A stretch of 64,000 nucleotides of DNA from an uncultured Methanobrevibacter sp. (lineage in GTDB: Archaea > Methanobacteriota > Methanobacteria > Methanobacteriales > Methanobacteriaceae): positions 5,926 through 69,925 of the forward strand of contig CADBPS010000041.1 in NCBI GenBank assembly GCA_902796575.1, written 5' to 3'. Under the pieces are notes generated by a model. That model searched no databases and had not been told where the DNA came from. It saw only the letters and a program-made list of their open reading frames with translations. The position numbers and the translations under genes were made by a program. Every line of letters starts with the position of its first letter. Positions within the stretch are counted from its first letter, which is position 1. Shown piece after piece: positions 41,891 to 51,905 of the stretch.

Positions 41891-42379
41891 TTAGATGAAC
41901 ATTGAATTTTCATTGGATGGAGTTGGAGTAGGGCTTGGAACACCAAATGTTTTCTCAATTAACCATACACATTGTAATTTTGATTTAAATACTTTTTTAA
42001 GAGATAAAAATAGATTATTTTTACTAATACCATCACTGAAAATTTGATCAGTAATTACAAATTGTTGTAATAAATTATTTTCATTGTTAATTGCTAACTG
42101 ACAGTCAACTAAAAATTTATTGATTTCCATATTAACATCTAAAATAAATTCATGTCTTTTGCTGAGGTCTGCTTTACTCATTAATTCCAAATGCTGAGGG
42201 GAAACCTGTGTTGCACATGCAATGATAATAAAGTCTTTGCCGATTGGTTTAACAATATCCATTATATTATCCTTTGGAAACTCAACAATAAAATGAAAAT
42301 CAGCGTCGTTATCAGGTTTTATTTCTCTAAATATTCCTTCATCAACAATCCAGTTTTTAACATCTTCTTCACGTATCAT
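41891..42379 (-). CDS. Conserved archaeal hypothetical protein (DUF2299-like)
   Basis: 'VKNWIVDEG..ADFHF..P' pattern; adjacent to the origin. Confidence 0.65.
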   Translation of the reverse strand: MIREEDVKNWIVDEGIFREIKPDNDADFHFIVEFPKDNIMDIVKPIGKDFIIIACATQVSPQHLELMSKADLSKRHEFILDVNMEINKFLVDCQLAINNENNLLQQFVITDQIFSDGISKNNLFLSLKKVFKSKLQCVWLIEKTFGVPSPTPTPSNENSMFI

Positions 42380-42445
42380 ATTATCACATTTACAATTTTA
42401 TTATAACAATAAATATTTATTTTTTAAATTTAAATAATATTTATT

Positions 42446-43420
42446 ATGTTAGAAGTTTATTTATTTACATTATTAATACTTATTATCAGTTTAATAATTG
42501 ATTTATTATATGGTGAACTTCCAACAAGAATACATCCTGTTGTGATAATTGGACGTTTTATTGATTTTTTTAAAAAGATTTTCATTAAAATGAATAACAG
42601 ATGGTCAGGTCTTTTTGTAACATTGTCTGTAATAGTCGTATGCTCTTTAATACTGATAATTTTACTTAAAATTGCATCATTAAATGATTATGTAAATATA
42701 ATATTTTCATCGATAGTACTGTCCTCTACATTTTCTGTTAAGATGCTTCTTTCAACAGCTAATGATATTAAAAATGATTTGAATGAAGATATTGAAAAGG
42801 CAAAACAGTCTGTTTCATATTTGGTCAGCCGGAACACTGATGAACTTGATGAGAAATTTATCATATCAGCTGCAATTGAAAGCATGACAGAAAATATCAC
42901 TGATTCTTATATAGCTCCAATATTTTATTTCATGATTATATCAATTTTACTTATTATTTTTAGATCAAATAATTATTTTATAATAATTTTGATTCCATTT
43001 ATATATAGAATTTCAAATACACTTGATGCAATGCTGGGATACAAAACAGATGAGCTGATAAACATAGGTTTTGTTCCGGCAAAACTTGATGATATTTTAA
43101 ATTTTATACCCTCAAGAATTTCAAGTGTATTTGTTATACTCTCAGCTTTTATATTGAGATATGATGGAAAAAATGCTTATGAAATCACTAAACGTGATGC
43201 AAGAAAATGTCCAAGTCCAAATTCGGGTTATACAATGGCACCAACAGCAGGAGCTTTAAACATACAATTAATAAAAAAAGACACATATATTTTAGGTGAT
43301 AATACAGTTGAAATTAATGTTAATCATATTTCAGATGCAATAAAATTAGCATCACTTTCAATGGCATTATTTACGATATTTATAATTTCATTAATATCAA
43401 TATTCAATATGATGATATGA
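42446..43420 (+). CDS. cbiB: Adenosylcobinamide-phosphate synthase CbiB (CobD family)
   Basis: HPVVIIG, LVSRNT, ENITDS, NTLDAMLGY, SPNSG. Confidence 0.92.
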   Translation: MLEVYLFTLLILIISLIIDLLYGELPTRIHPVVIIGRFIDFFKKIFIKMNNRWSGLFVTLSVIVVCSLILIILLKIASLNDYVNIIFSSIVLSSTFSVKMLLSTANDIKNDLNEDIEKAKQSVSYLVSRNTDELDEKFIISAAIESMTENITDSYIAPIFYFMIISILLIIFRSNNYFIIILIPFIYRISNTLDAMLGYKTDELINIGFVPAKLDDILNFIPSRISSVFVILSAFILRYDGKNAYEITKRDARKCPSPNSGYTMAPTAGALNIQLIKKDTYILGDNTVEINVNHISDAIKLASLSMALFTIFIISLISIFNMMI

Positions 43421-43550
43421 AATTAGCATAAAATATATTTAATATCTCACAAATACTCTCTTTCAATCTTTTTTGAACAAAATAATAATTTTAATATAAT
43501 AAAACATATAAAAGTATTAAATAATTGAGAACTTAATTAATGTGATTATT

Positions 43551-44366
43551 ATGGCCAAAAAATTAATATTTTTTTTAATCCTCTCATTAACTCTTATTTT
43601 AATGATAAGTGGTGTTAGTGCAGGTTTTTTTGATTTTTTACAATCATCTGAAAATACAGACAATGATTTAACGGTTGGTTTTAACAGTGCATTTCCACCA
43701 TTTGGATATGAAGATGCTGATGGGAATTATACTGGTTTTGACATTGAATTAGCTGAAGAAGTTTGCAGGAGAAATAATTGGACTTTAAAAACACAGCCAA
43801 TTATAGATTGGAATACAAAACAGATGGAATTGGAAAGCGGTGAAATTGACTGTATATGGAGCGAATTCACCATTAACGGAAGGGAAGATGACTATACTTG
43901 GTCTGAACCTTATTTCAATAATTCTAAAAAAATCATTGTCAGATCAGATTCGGATATCAAAAACATTGATGATTTGAAAGATAAAGTTTTAGAAGTTCAG
44001 CAAGGAAGTTCTGTTTTAAAAACTATCAATAATAATACAACTTTAAACAATACTTTTAAAGAAATAAAGGAAGTTGACGGCTATGACACTGCACTAATGG
44101 ATCTGCAGTCAGGAGTTTGTGATGTGGTAATTGCAGATAGTGGACTGGCATATTATCTAGAGGTTGAAAAATATCATGATACTAAAATATTGGATGAAAA
44201 TCTTTCCTATGAAAATTACGGTATCGGATTTAAAAAAGGAGATACTGAGTTAAGAGACAAGGTTCAAGAAACTTTGGACGAAATGTATAAGGACGGAACT
44301 GTCGATAAAATAGCTCAAAATTACAAGGAATACAAAATCCCTGAAGGTGTAATACATCCAAATTAA
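43551..44366 (+). CDS. Polar amino acid ABC transporter substrate-binding protein
   Basis: FPPFGY, GFDIELA, EPYF, ENYGIGFKKG; signal peptide ending VSA. Confidence 0.9.
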   Translation: MAKKLIFFLILSLTLILMISGVSAGFFDFLQSSENTDNDLTVGFNSAFPPFGYEDADGNYTGFDIELAEEVCRRNNWTLKTQPIIDWNTKQMELESGEIDCIWSEFTINGREDDYTWSEPYFNNSKKIIVRSDSDIKNIDDLKDKVLEVQQGSSVLKTINNNTTLNNTFKEIKEVDGYDTALMDLQSGVCDVVIADSGLAYYLEVEKYHDTKILDENLSYENYGIGFKKGDTELRDKVQETLDEMYKDGTVDKIAQNYKEYKIPEGVIHPN

Positions 44367-44497
44367 ATTATTGAAAAATGCTAAGGATATGATGAAGTTT
44401 TAACATTTGATACCCTATGAATTGCATCCGTAATTGTCAAAATAATAAATAGTTTGGTTAGAAAGTTTATGAAGATAAGTAATAAAATTGTGATGTT

Positions 44498-45514
44498 ATG
44501 AAAATAGCTATTTTATCAGTCTCATCAAAAGGATATGATTTATCCTTCAAAATAAAGGAGTTGTTGGATAAAGATTCAACAGTTATCAGATGTAATATTT
44601 ACCATAAAAATGTGAAGGATAATTTTAAACTGTTATTTTATGAATATGATGCAATTATTGCAATAATGGCATCAGGAATTTTAATTCGAAGCATTTCAGA
44701 TTTAATACAGTCAAAAGCAACAGATCCTGCAATACTAAATATTGATGACAATGGAAATTTTGTAATAAGTACACTGTCAGGCCATCTGGGAGGAGCCAAT
44801 AAATTAACAAATAAAATTGCTGAAATGATAGATGCAACACCGGTTATTACAACATCAACTGATATAAATAAAAAATTGGGAATAGATGTTTTAGCTAATG
44901 ATTTATATCTAACAATAGATAATAAAAAGGAAATATTATTCTTCAATAAATCTATTTTAAACAATGATATAATTTCAATCACAATAAACAGTGACTGCAG
45001 CTATGATTATCTTCTGGAATACCTGGAAAATAATACACTTGAAATGCAACACTCGATTCATTATTCGGATAATGTGAATAAAAATGAAATGGAATTTGAA
45101 TGCAACAATCACAAAATCATTTTAAAACCTAGAAAAATAGTTTTTGGAATTGGGTGCAGGCGTAACAAAACCAAAAATGAAATTTTAAATGGAGTTAATC
45201 AGGTTCTGGATGATTTGAATATGAGTTTATCAAGAATTGACTATTTTGCATCAGCAGAGGTTAAAAAAGATGAAAAAGGTATATTGGAATTATCTGAAGA
45301 GCTTAATATTCCTATAAAATTTGTTAGTATTGATAAATTAAAACTATTTAAATCTGATGATGTTGCAGAATCAAAATTTGTAAAATCAAAATTCGGAATT
45401 AATGGTGTATGTGAACCATCTGCACTGATAATTGCAGGTTATGATTCAAAGTTAATATATAAAAAAACAGCTTTTGAAGGTGTTACAGTTTCAGTAGCCT
45501 TATCATATAAATAA
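44498..45514 (+). CDS. cbiG: Cobalt-precorrin-5A hydrolase
   Basis: MASGILIR, DPA, LSGHLGGAN, GIGCRR, GVCEPSA. Confidence 0.93.
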   Translation: MKIAILSVSSKGYDLSFKIKELLDKDSTVIRCNIYHKNVKDNFKLLFYEYDAIIAIMASGILIRSISDLIQSKATDPAILNIDDNGNFVISTLSGHLGGANKLTNKIAEMIDATPVITTSTDINKKLGIDVLANDLYLTIDNKKEILFFNKSILNNDIISITINSDCSYDYLLEYLENNTLEMQHSIHYSDNVNKNEMEFECNNHKIILKPRKIVFGIGCRRNKTKNEILNGVNQVLDDLNMSLSRIDYFASAEVKKDEKGILELSEELNIPIKFVSIDKLKLFKSDDVAESKFVKSKFGINGVCEPSALIIAGYDSKLIYKKTAFEGVTVSVALSYK

Positions 45515-45531
45515 AAGATAAAGTAAATAAA

Positions 45532-45780
45532 TTAGATAGCTTCTAATTTAGATAAAACTTCCCAAATTAAAGTTCTTGCATGAACAGGGATATTAGGATC
45601 ATTGCTTATTTCATCCAATTTACCCAGTACAGTACTTATCCTTACAGATTGATCTTCATCTTCATCTTTTAGTAATTCACTAGATTCACTAGCAGCTTCC
45701 CTTATATTACGAGGAACGCTATTTTCATTAGTAATAAATTCTAATATGTCACATACCTCTTCAATATTTTGATTAGTCAT
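45532..45780 (-). CDS. UPF0147 family protein
   Basis: VPRNIR, LDEISNDPNIP.HART.IW. Confidence 0.88.
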   Translation of the reverse strand: MTNQNIEEVCDILEFITNENSVPRNIREAASESSELLKDEDEDQSVRISTVLGKLDEISNDPNIPVHARTLIWEVLSKLEAI

Positions 45781-45924
45781 GATAATTCCTCCCTAAATAA
45801 TTGTTCTAAAAAGAGTTTAAAATAATATAATCTATTATGTTAAATCTAATATTTAATACTATTGTAACAACAAGAAAAATTTAATAGAAAAATATATATT
45901 GATTAAATTAATAACCTATATATC

Positions 45925-46095
45925 ATGTCAGATATAAGCAAAACTACAATAAATTTACCGAATGATTTGAAAAAAAATCTTAAGAAAATGGCTATCGATG
46001 AGGATACTTCCTTATCCGGATTAATTTTAAAAATGATTAATGAAGGATACGAAGCTAGAACTAAGAAAGAAAATGATTCAGTTGAAGATATTTAA
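45925..46095 (+). CDS. Small ribbon-helix-helix (CopG-like) protein, 56 aa, not in the ORF track
   Basis: MSDISKTTINLPNDLKKNLKKMAIDEDTSLSGLILKMINEGYEARTKKENDSVEDI*: beta-helix-helix with 'TTINLP..LK..A....S.S.LI'. Confidence 0.8.
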   Translation: MSDISKTTINLPNDLKKNLKKMAIDEDTSLSGLILKMINEGYEARTKKENDSVEDI

Positions 46096-46664
46096 ATATC
46101 TTTCACTGAATTCAACATTAATGAAATGAATTGGGTCTTGGCAGTTTCTTCTACAAAATTAGCAAGTGATTCAGCTTCTTTTATATTTTTTCCAACACAA
46201 ATAACACCATGTTCTTTTAAAATCAGCACATCTTCATTTCCAATACCTTTACTGGCATTAACAGCAAGTTGTTTTGATCCTGGTTTTTCATATTCAATTG
46301 ATGATAAATATTTCTGATTGACTTTTCCGAAACCTTCTAATCTTTTGATTTTTTTTGATGAAAATGAAAACCCTGTTGCATAAGGCGAATGAGTATGAAC
46401 AATCGCATTAACATCAGGTCTTTTTTTGTAAATTTCTATATGCATTCCAACTTCAGATGAAGGTTTGTTTTTTGACAATGGATTTCCATCAAAATCCACA
46501 AGAACAATATCCTCTGATTTTAAATCATTCAATGATTTTAATGTTGGAGTTATAGCAATGTATTCACCAACTCTAATACTTACATTGCCGGCTTTTCCAG
46601 AAACAAGTTGTCTGTCGTATATATTTTTGCAGGTTTCTATTAGACTAGAAATACTACTTTCCAT
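46092..46664 (-). CDS. Class II aldolase/adducin family protein (FucA-like)
   Basis: GNVS, PSSE..MH..IY..RPDVNAIVHTHS, HGV. Confidence 0.88.
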   Translation of the reverse strand: MESSISSLIETCKNIYDRQLVSGKAGNVSIRVGEYIAITPTLKSLNDLKSEDIVLVDFDGNPLSKNKPSSEVGMHIEIYKKRPDVNAIVHTHSPYATGFSFSSKKIKRLEGFGKVNQKYLSSIEYEKPGSKQLAVNASKGIGNEDVLILKEHGVICVGKNIKEAESLANFVEETAKTQFISLMLNSVKDI

Positions 46665-46674
46665 TATTAATCAC

Positions 46675-48270
46675 CTAATCTTTAAATCTAAATAATTTGT
46701 ATTTTCCCTTATGAATTATTGGAACCTGAGCAGGAGTAGGTTCTATATTTTTAATTTTTTGATAATCAGTTTGAGTCTGGAATGTACCAGAATTAATCAT
46801 GTGAATTCCATTGTACTTTTTATATGAATTAATATGAATATGGCCTGTATGGAAAATATCAGGAATCTTTTCAATAACCAGATAATCCTCAAGTTCGGAT
46901 GCCAACGGGGTTCTTTCACCATAAATTGGAGCTAAATGTCTCTTTTTCAAAAGTTCCTCCATCATATATTCATTTTTTTCATATGATAAACCTTTAATAG
47001 CCATTGGAAGTTCGTTAAAACTTTCACCATGATAAATTAAAACGTTGATTCCGTCAAGAGAAACAACAGCAGGATTACTGACAAATTCTACATTATCCAA
47101 CATATATAATGATTTAGCATATTCTTCAGGAATTGCAGGCTGCGGTTCTGCCAGTCTTGAAGCATCGTGGTTTCCGGGAGCTATGATAATTTTAATATCT
47201 TTTCTTATTTTACCTAAAAATCTGGCAGCTTCATCATACTGCAGCCGAATGTCTTTGATAGATAGTTCTTTGTCCTGATTTGGATATACACCAATACCAT
47301 CTACAATATCACCTGCAATAATGAGATATTTAATATCTTCTGCAACTTTTCTTTGCTTTTCATTACCGAAATCACAGTTAATCCAGCTGATGAAATTTTC
47401 AAATTCCTCTTCAAGGAATGTCAGACTTCCGATATGAACATCAGATAAAAATACAACACCAAAATCCATTTCCTTTTGAGCAACTTTTGTAACTCCAGGA
47501 TAAATCAACTGATTAGCTATTGCCAAATCATCATTTTTAGTTGCAATTACTCCAACAACTTCATCTTTAACAAGTTTTTCAGCATCTGCAAATAATTCTT
47601 CATTTTTGTTCGAAAATAAAATAGAAATTGATCCTGTTTCGTCTTCAAATTCAACCAGTTTATGTCCGTTTTTTGTTGACCTGATTTCTTTAACCATTAA
47701 TATCATACTTAAATTGGATTGGCCATTTTCAATATCAGCTACTTTTGTTGTTGCCTTCAGTTCGGGTCTATGTTTTAGAATTTTGGATAACTTTTCATAT
47801 CTGGACTGGAAATAAGCTATTAAATCTCCAATTTCTCCGCTAGTATATGATTTGTTGGAGCTGTCCTGTATTACTTCAAAATCATACTCTACATTTATCT
47901 TTTCCGAGTTCCTTTTAAACTCTATTTTAGAGTCAATAACCTTTTCAGTATTATCAGGGTCTTTTTTTTCTTTTTTATTTTCTGTTGAAGTTTCTTTTGA
48001 TGATTCGCTTTTGTTTTCGATAGGTTTTTTATTATCATCATCCTTTTTTGGCTTACTCGTTCCCATTAGTTCATCCACTACTTCTGATTTAACAGATATT
48101 AAATCCTGTGGTTTGTATTTATTACTTTTAAGTTTAACTATTAAGGATGAGGCCAAATTTAAAGGATTTTCAGATGCCATTATTTTATTATAAGCATCCG
48201 GTGATAAATTAATACCTTTTTTTGCGAATTTAAGTAAAATCTTATTTGACATATCAGTTAAATTTTTCAT
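46675..48270 (-). CDS. DNA polymerase D small subunit DP1 (proofreading exonuclease)
   Basis: OB fold, SDVHIGS, AGDIVDGIGVYP, PGNHDA..AEPQ, HTGHIH, NSGTFQ. Confidence 0.95.
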   Translation of the reverse strand: MKNLTDMSNKILLKFAKKGINLSPDAYNKIMASENPLNLASSLIVKLKSNKYKPQDLISVKSEVVDELMGTSKPKKDDDNKKPIENKSESSKETSTENKKEKKDPDNTEKVIDSKIEFKRNSEKINVEYDFEVIQDSSNKSYTSGEIGDLIAYFQSRYEKLSKILKHRPELKATTKVADIENGQSNLSMILMVKEIRSTKNGHKLVEFEDETGSISILFSNKNEELFADAEKLVKDEVVGVIATKNDDLAIANQLIYPGVTKVAQKEMDFGVVFLSDVHIGSLTFLEEEFENFISWINCDFGNEKQRKVAEDIKYLIIAGDIVDGIGVYPNQDKELSIKDIRLQYDEAARFLGKIRKDIKIIIAPGNHDASRLAEPQPAIPEEYAKSLYMLDNVEFVSNPAVVSLDGINVLIYHGESFNELPMAIKGLSYEKNEYMMEELLKKRHLAPIYGERTPLASELEDYLVIEKIPDIFHTGHIHINSYKKYNGIHMINSGTFQTQTDYQKIKNIEPTPAQVPIIHKGKYKLFRFKD

Positions 48271-48413
48271 TTTTTATATTAATAAACTTTGAGAATTTTT
48301 AAAATCAAAAGTGACTTTGGAATATAATTTCTGAATGAGTAGTTATATTTATTATATATTAAAAATATAACTGTAATATTATAGTGTTGTTTTAAATAAC
48401 AAGAAGTGATAAA

Positions 48414-48908
48414 ATGGGAAAAATACTTAGAATATTGCTAGTTGTTGTACTGTTTGTTATATTTTTTGAAGTAGGAATTTTTAGTTCATATACTATAGTC
48501 ACTAGTGAAGTTCCTGATATTGGTGGACTGGTTGATATGCAGGTAGACAAGGTTTCATCAATTTTCAATCCTCAAAATGTTAACGAAATGTTAGTTAAAG
48601 ACCCTGTAAAAGTTAATATTTCTAACACAAAAGATGTGGCACTTAAAATGGGGAATTTGTCGAAAGTCGACGGAGTTAATGTGGACTCTATGAATACAAC
48701 CACTTATGACGATTTGGACAAAAAAAATATAAATGTTACTATTGAGGCATTAGGTTATGATTCTCCACAGTCAACATCCGGCCAAATTGTAATCAGTCAG
48801 GATCCTTCATATAAGGTAATTGTCAGCGGAGAAGCATCATATAAAAGTGGTGAATTAACTGTTAATACAGATTCTCTTAAAGTTGATTCTATTTTAAAGT
48901 TATATTAG
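48414..48908 (+). CDS. Conserved membrane-anchored hypothetical protein
   Basis: N-terminal TM 'LFVIFFEVGIFSSYTIV'. Confidence 0.65.
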   Translation: MGKILRILLVVVLFVIFFEVGIFSSYTIVTSEVPDIGGLVDMQVDKVSSIFNPQNVNEMLVKDPVKVNISNTKDVALKMGNLSKVDGVNVDSMNTTTYDDLDKKNINVTIEALGYDSPQSTSGQIVISQDPSYKVIVSGEASYKSGELTVNTDSLKVDSILKLY

Positions 48909-48917
48909 GTAATAATT

Positions 48918-49991
48918 ATGATTAATGTGATTGGTATAGGTCAAAACAGAGATAACATGACTTTAGGTGCCATCAAAGCAATTGATGAGTCGGATGTTAT
49001 CATTGGTTACAAAAAGTATATTAACCAGATTAGTGATCTTATTGAAGGAAAAGAAGTTTTAAAGAAGGGTATGGGTGATGAAATAGCAAGAGCTGAATTA
49101 GCTATTGAAAAAAGCAAAAATGGTCAAACAGTTTCGTTAATCAGTTCTGGAGATCCTGGAGTATTCGGAATGGCTAATGTATTATATCAAATCATCTCAA
49201 AATATGATGATGTTGATGTCAAGGTTTATCCGGGTGTTTCAGCTTTAAATTACACTTCATCTAAATTAGGTGCTCCTTTAAATGATTTTGCTGCAATAAG
49301 TCTAAGCAATATTTTAACCCCATTATCTGAAATTGAAAAGAAATTAAAGTACGCTCTTGAGTCCAACTTAATAGTAGCTATATATAATCCTATAAGCAAA
49401 ACCCGTAAAGAACCGTTTAGAAGATTTAAACAATGTGTTCTTGATGTTAAAGGTGAAGATGCATTAATAGGAATTGTTGATAGTACTTATGATCCTGCTA
49501 AAGAAACTATTGTTAAAATTAAGGATTTAACTGAAGATTTAGTCAATATGTCCTGCACACTGATTGTCGGTAATGATTTGACATACGAGCAGGAAAATAA
49601 ATTAGTAACTCCTAGAGGCTATGTTATAAGGCATCCAATTCATGAACTTTCAAGAAATCATTATGAAAAATTCTTAAACGGCGATGTTGCCCACGGTCCA
49701 AACAGGGAATGTGAATATTACCCCTGCCATTGGGATGGCCAGTACTGTGACTTCTGTTACTGTCCATTCTATCCATGCGGAGATTCATCAACCGGTGGAG
49801 AGTGGATTAAAGGGAAAAATGTCTGGAACTGCAAAGATTGCAATTGGCTTCATAAAAAGGAAGCTGTTGAATGCATTAGAGAGCCTTTAGAAGATATTTT
49901 AACTGAAGTAGATGATTTGAAATCTAAGAAAAAAACATTATTGAAACTTAGAAGAGCGTGTTTATTACATAATAACCCAAGAGATTTGTAG
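48918..49991 (+). CDS. cbiH: Precorrin-3B C17-methyltransferase fused to a cysteine-rich small domain
   Basis: SSGDPGVFGMA, GAPL.DF..ISLS, YNP, TPRGY; C-terminal CEYYPCH..CDFCYCPFYPC..WNCKDC. Confidence 0.88.
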   Translation: MINVIGIGQNRDNMTLGAIKAIDESDVIIGYKKYINQISDLIEGKEVLKKGMGDEIARAELAIEKSKNGQTVSLISSGDPGVFGMANVLYQIISKYDDVDVKVYPGVSALNYTSSKLGAPLNDFAAISLSNILTPLSEIEKKLKYALESNLIVAIYNPISKTRKEPFRRFKQCVLDVKGEDALIGIVDSTYDPAKETIVKIKDLTEDLVNMSCTLIVGNDLTYEQENKLVTPRGYVIRHPIHELSRNHYEKFLNGDVAHGPNRECEYYPCHWDGQYCDFCYCPFYPCGDSSTGGEWIKGKNVWNCKDCNWLHKKEAVECIREPLEDILTEVDDLKSKKKTLLKLRRACLLHNNPRDL

Positions 49992-50001
49992 GTAGATATG
50001 A

Positions 50002-50598
50002 ATGTCAATCAAAAATCTTTTAATAGAAATGAAGAATATGTCTGAACTGATGGTGGATTTAGCCTATTCTGCAGTTCTTTTTAATAGTGTTGATGCTGCT
50101 GAAGAAGTTTTGACATTGGAAAATAGGGTCAATGCAATGAATTATGAAATTAAAAAGGAATCACTGGTTGCAGCCCGTTCGTATGAAGATGCTGAAAAAT
50201 TAACTGCACTGCTTGAGATAGCTGAAGCTGCTGAAAGTATGGCAAATGCAGCTAAAGATTTAGCTGATTTAGTAATAAAAGGTTTTAAACCTCATCCTGT
50301 ATTTAAAATTGTAATGGAAGAATCTGACAAAATGATTGCCAGAATTGTTATAATGGAAGAATCAGATTTAGCCAATAAAACTTTAGGAGATTTACTTTTA
50401 GTTAATCGTACAGGAATGCGAGTAATATCTATAAGAAGAGGAGAATCATGGATATATGGTCCTGATAAGAATACAATGATACTCCCAAATGACATATTAA
50501 TTTTAAAAGGAACAGATGAAGGTGCAGAGCTTTTAAGAAAACTTGCTTCTGCAACATGTTCACTTGAAGATATTCCAGATGAGTTAGAAGATGAATGA
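50002..50598 (+). CDS. PhoU-like plus TrkA-C (RCK-C) domain protein
   Basis: [15 protein letters not shown]; [13 protein letters not shown]. Confidence 0.82.
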   Translation: MSIKNLLIEMKNMSELMVDLAYSAVLFNSVDAAEEVLTLENRVNAMNYEIKKESLVAARSYEDAEKLTALLEIAEAAESMANAAKDLADLVIKGFKPHPVFKIVMEESDKMIARIVIMEESDLANKTLGDLLLVNRTGMRVISIRRGESWIYGPDKNTMILPNDILILKGTDEGAELLRKLASATCSLEDIPDELEDE

Positions 50599-50625
50599 AG
50601 AGTGTGATTAAAATGATTAAAGGTA

Positions 50626-51888
50626 GTGATAATTGTGAAAACAAACAGGAAGAAGACCCGAATTTCACTATCTTCATTTCAGAAATTCTACTCGGAACAT
50701 GATTATGTTTTAAAAGAAAGTTTTATCGCACTGATAATCTGTGCAATTGGGGATTTATTTGCCGGAATAATTCTGGGAAATATGACATTTTTCCTGAAAG
50801 CATTCCCTGGACTGCTGGTGATAATACCTGGAACAATAGGAATGAGAGGAAATATTTTTGGATCTTTTGCTTCGAGACTCTCAACCAATCTGCACATAGG
50901 TATGATTTCGCCGAAATTTGAATTATCAAAGGAATTAAACGATAACATACTTTCATCAATTGTATTAACGCTGATATTATCAATATTTCTTGCATTCATT
51001 GCAAAGTTATTCTGTATTATTTTTAATTTCACTTCGATTTCACTGTCTGATTTTATTCTTATAGGTGTTATAGCGGCTGTTATTTCATGTCTTGTAATGC
51101 TTCCGATAACGATGATTATTTCATTCAAAAGTTTTGACTATGGATGGGATCCGGATAATATAACAACACCTCTTATTGCAGCTATTGGGGATTTATTTAC
51201 ATTACCTGCTATTATAATTTCAACCATGGTATTAACATTGATAAATTCAAATATTTTGATTAAAAATGCTTTATGCTTAATTATTGTTGCAGTCATATTA
51301 ATTTTGTTTGTATATGTTATCAAACGATCTGATGAGTCTAAAAAAATTATAACACAGTCAACGCCTGTATTGCTTGCATGTTCCGTTTTAGGGGTTTCTG
51401 CCGGTGGAATTTTCAACAGTTCAATTGAAACACTGCTGACTAATCAGACTTTGCTTACTCTATTACCACTATTTTCAGGAGAAAGCGGAAGTTTAATAAG
51501 TATTTTAAGTGCAAGATTATCTTCAGGTCTTCACTACGGTATTATTGAACCTTTAAAGAAACCGGGTGAAAATACCATTCAAAATTTTTTAATATGCTAT
51601 CTGTTGGCTGTTATAATGTTTCCAATTATCGGATTTATAGCTGAAAATTCAACATATCTAATGGGAGGCACTGGTGTAGGTTTTGTCAGAATAATACTGA
51701 TTTCAACTGTATCGGGATTCATACTATTGTCAATAATGATTTTTGTTGTATATTATATTTCAATAACCTCTTATTCTAGAGATATTGATCCGGATAATAT
51801 TGTTATTCCTATTTCAACAAGTGTTACTGATGCTATTTCAAGCCTAATACTTATTTCAGTTTCACTGTTCTTTTTAAGTATTTTTTAG
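50626..51888 (+). CDS. MgtE-like divalent cation transporter (duplicated membrane domain)
   Basis: GMRGNIFGS..SRLST, DPDNIT.P....GD, second DPDNIVIP. Confidence 0.85.
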   Translation: MIIVKTNRKKTRISLSSFQKFYSEHDYVLKESFIALIICAIGDLFAGIILGNMTFFLKAFPGLLVIIPGTIGMRGNIFGSFASRLSTNLHIGMISPKFELSKELNDNILSSIVLTLILSIFLAFIAKLFCIIFNFTSISLSDFILIGVIAAVISCLVMLPITMIISFKSFDYGWDPDNITTPLIAAIGDLFTLPAIIISTMVLTLINSNILIKNALCLIIVAVILILFVYVIKRSDESKKIITQSTPVLLACSVLGVSAGGIFNSSIETLLTNQTLLTLLPLFSGESGSLISILSARLSSGLHYGIIEPLKKPGENTIQNFLICYLLAVIMFPIIGFIAENSTYLMGGTGVGFVRIILISTVSGFILLSIMIFVVYYISITSYSRDIDPDNIVIPISTSVTDAISSLILISVSLFFLSIF

Positions 51889-51905
51889 GTGATGGTTTAA
51901 GATTT

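Noticed and set aside
44907-44920. ATCTA-ACAA-TAGAT variant in cbiG
   Set aside because: 4-bp spacer differs from the conserved 3-bp CAA; probably chance
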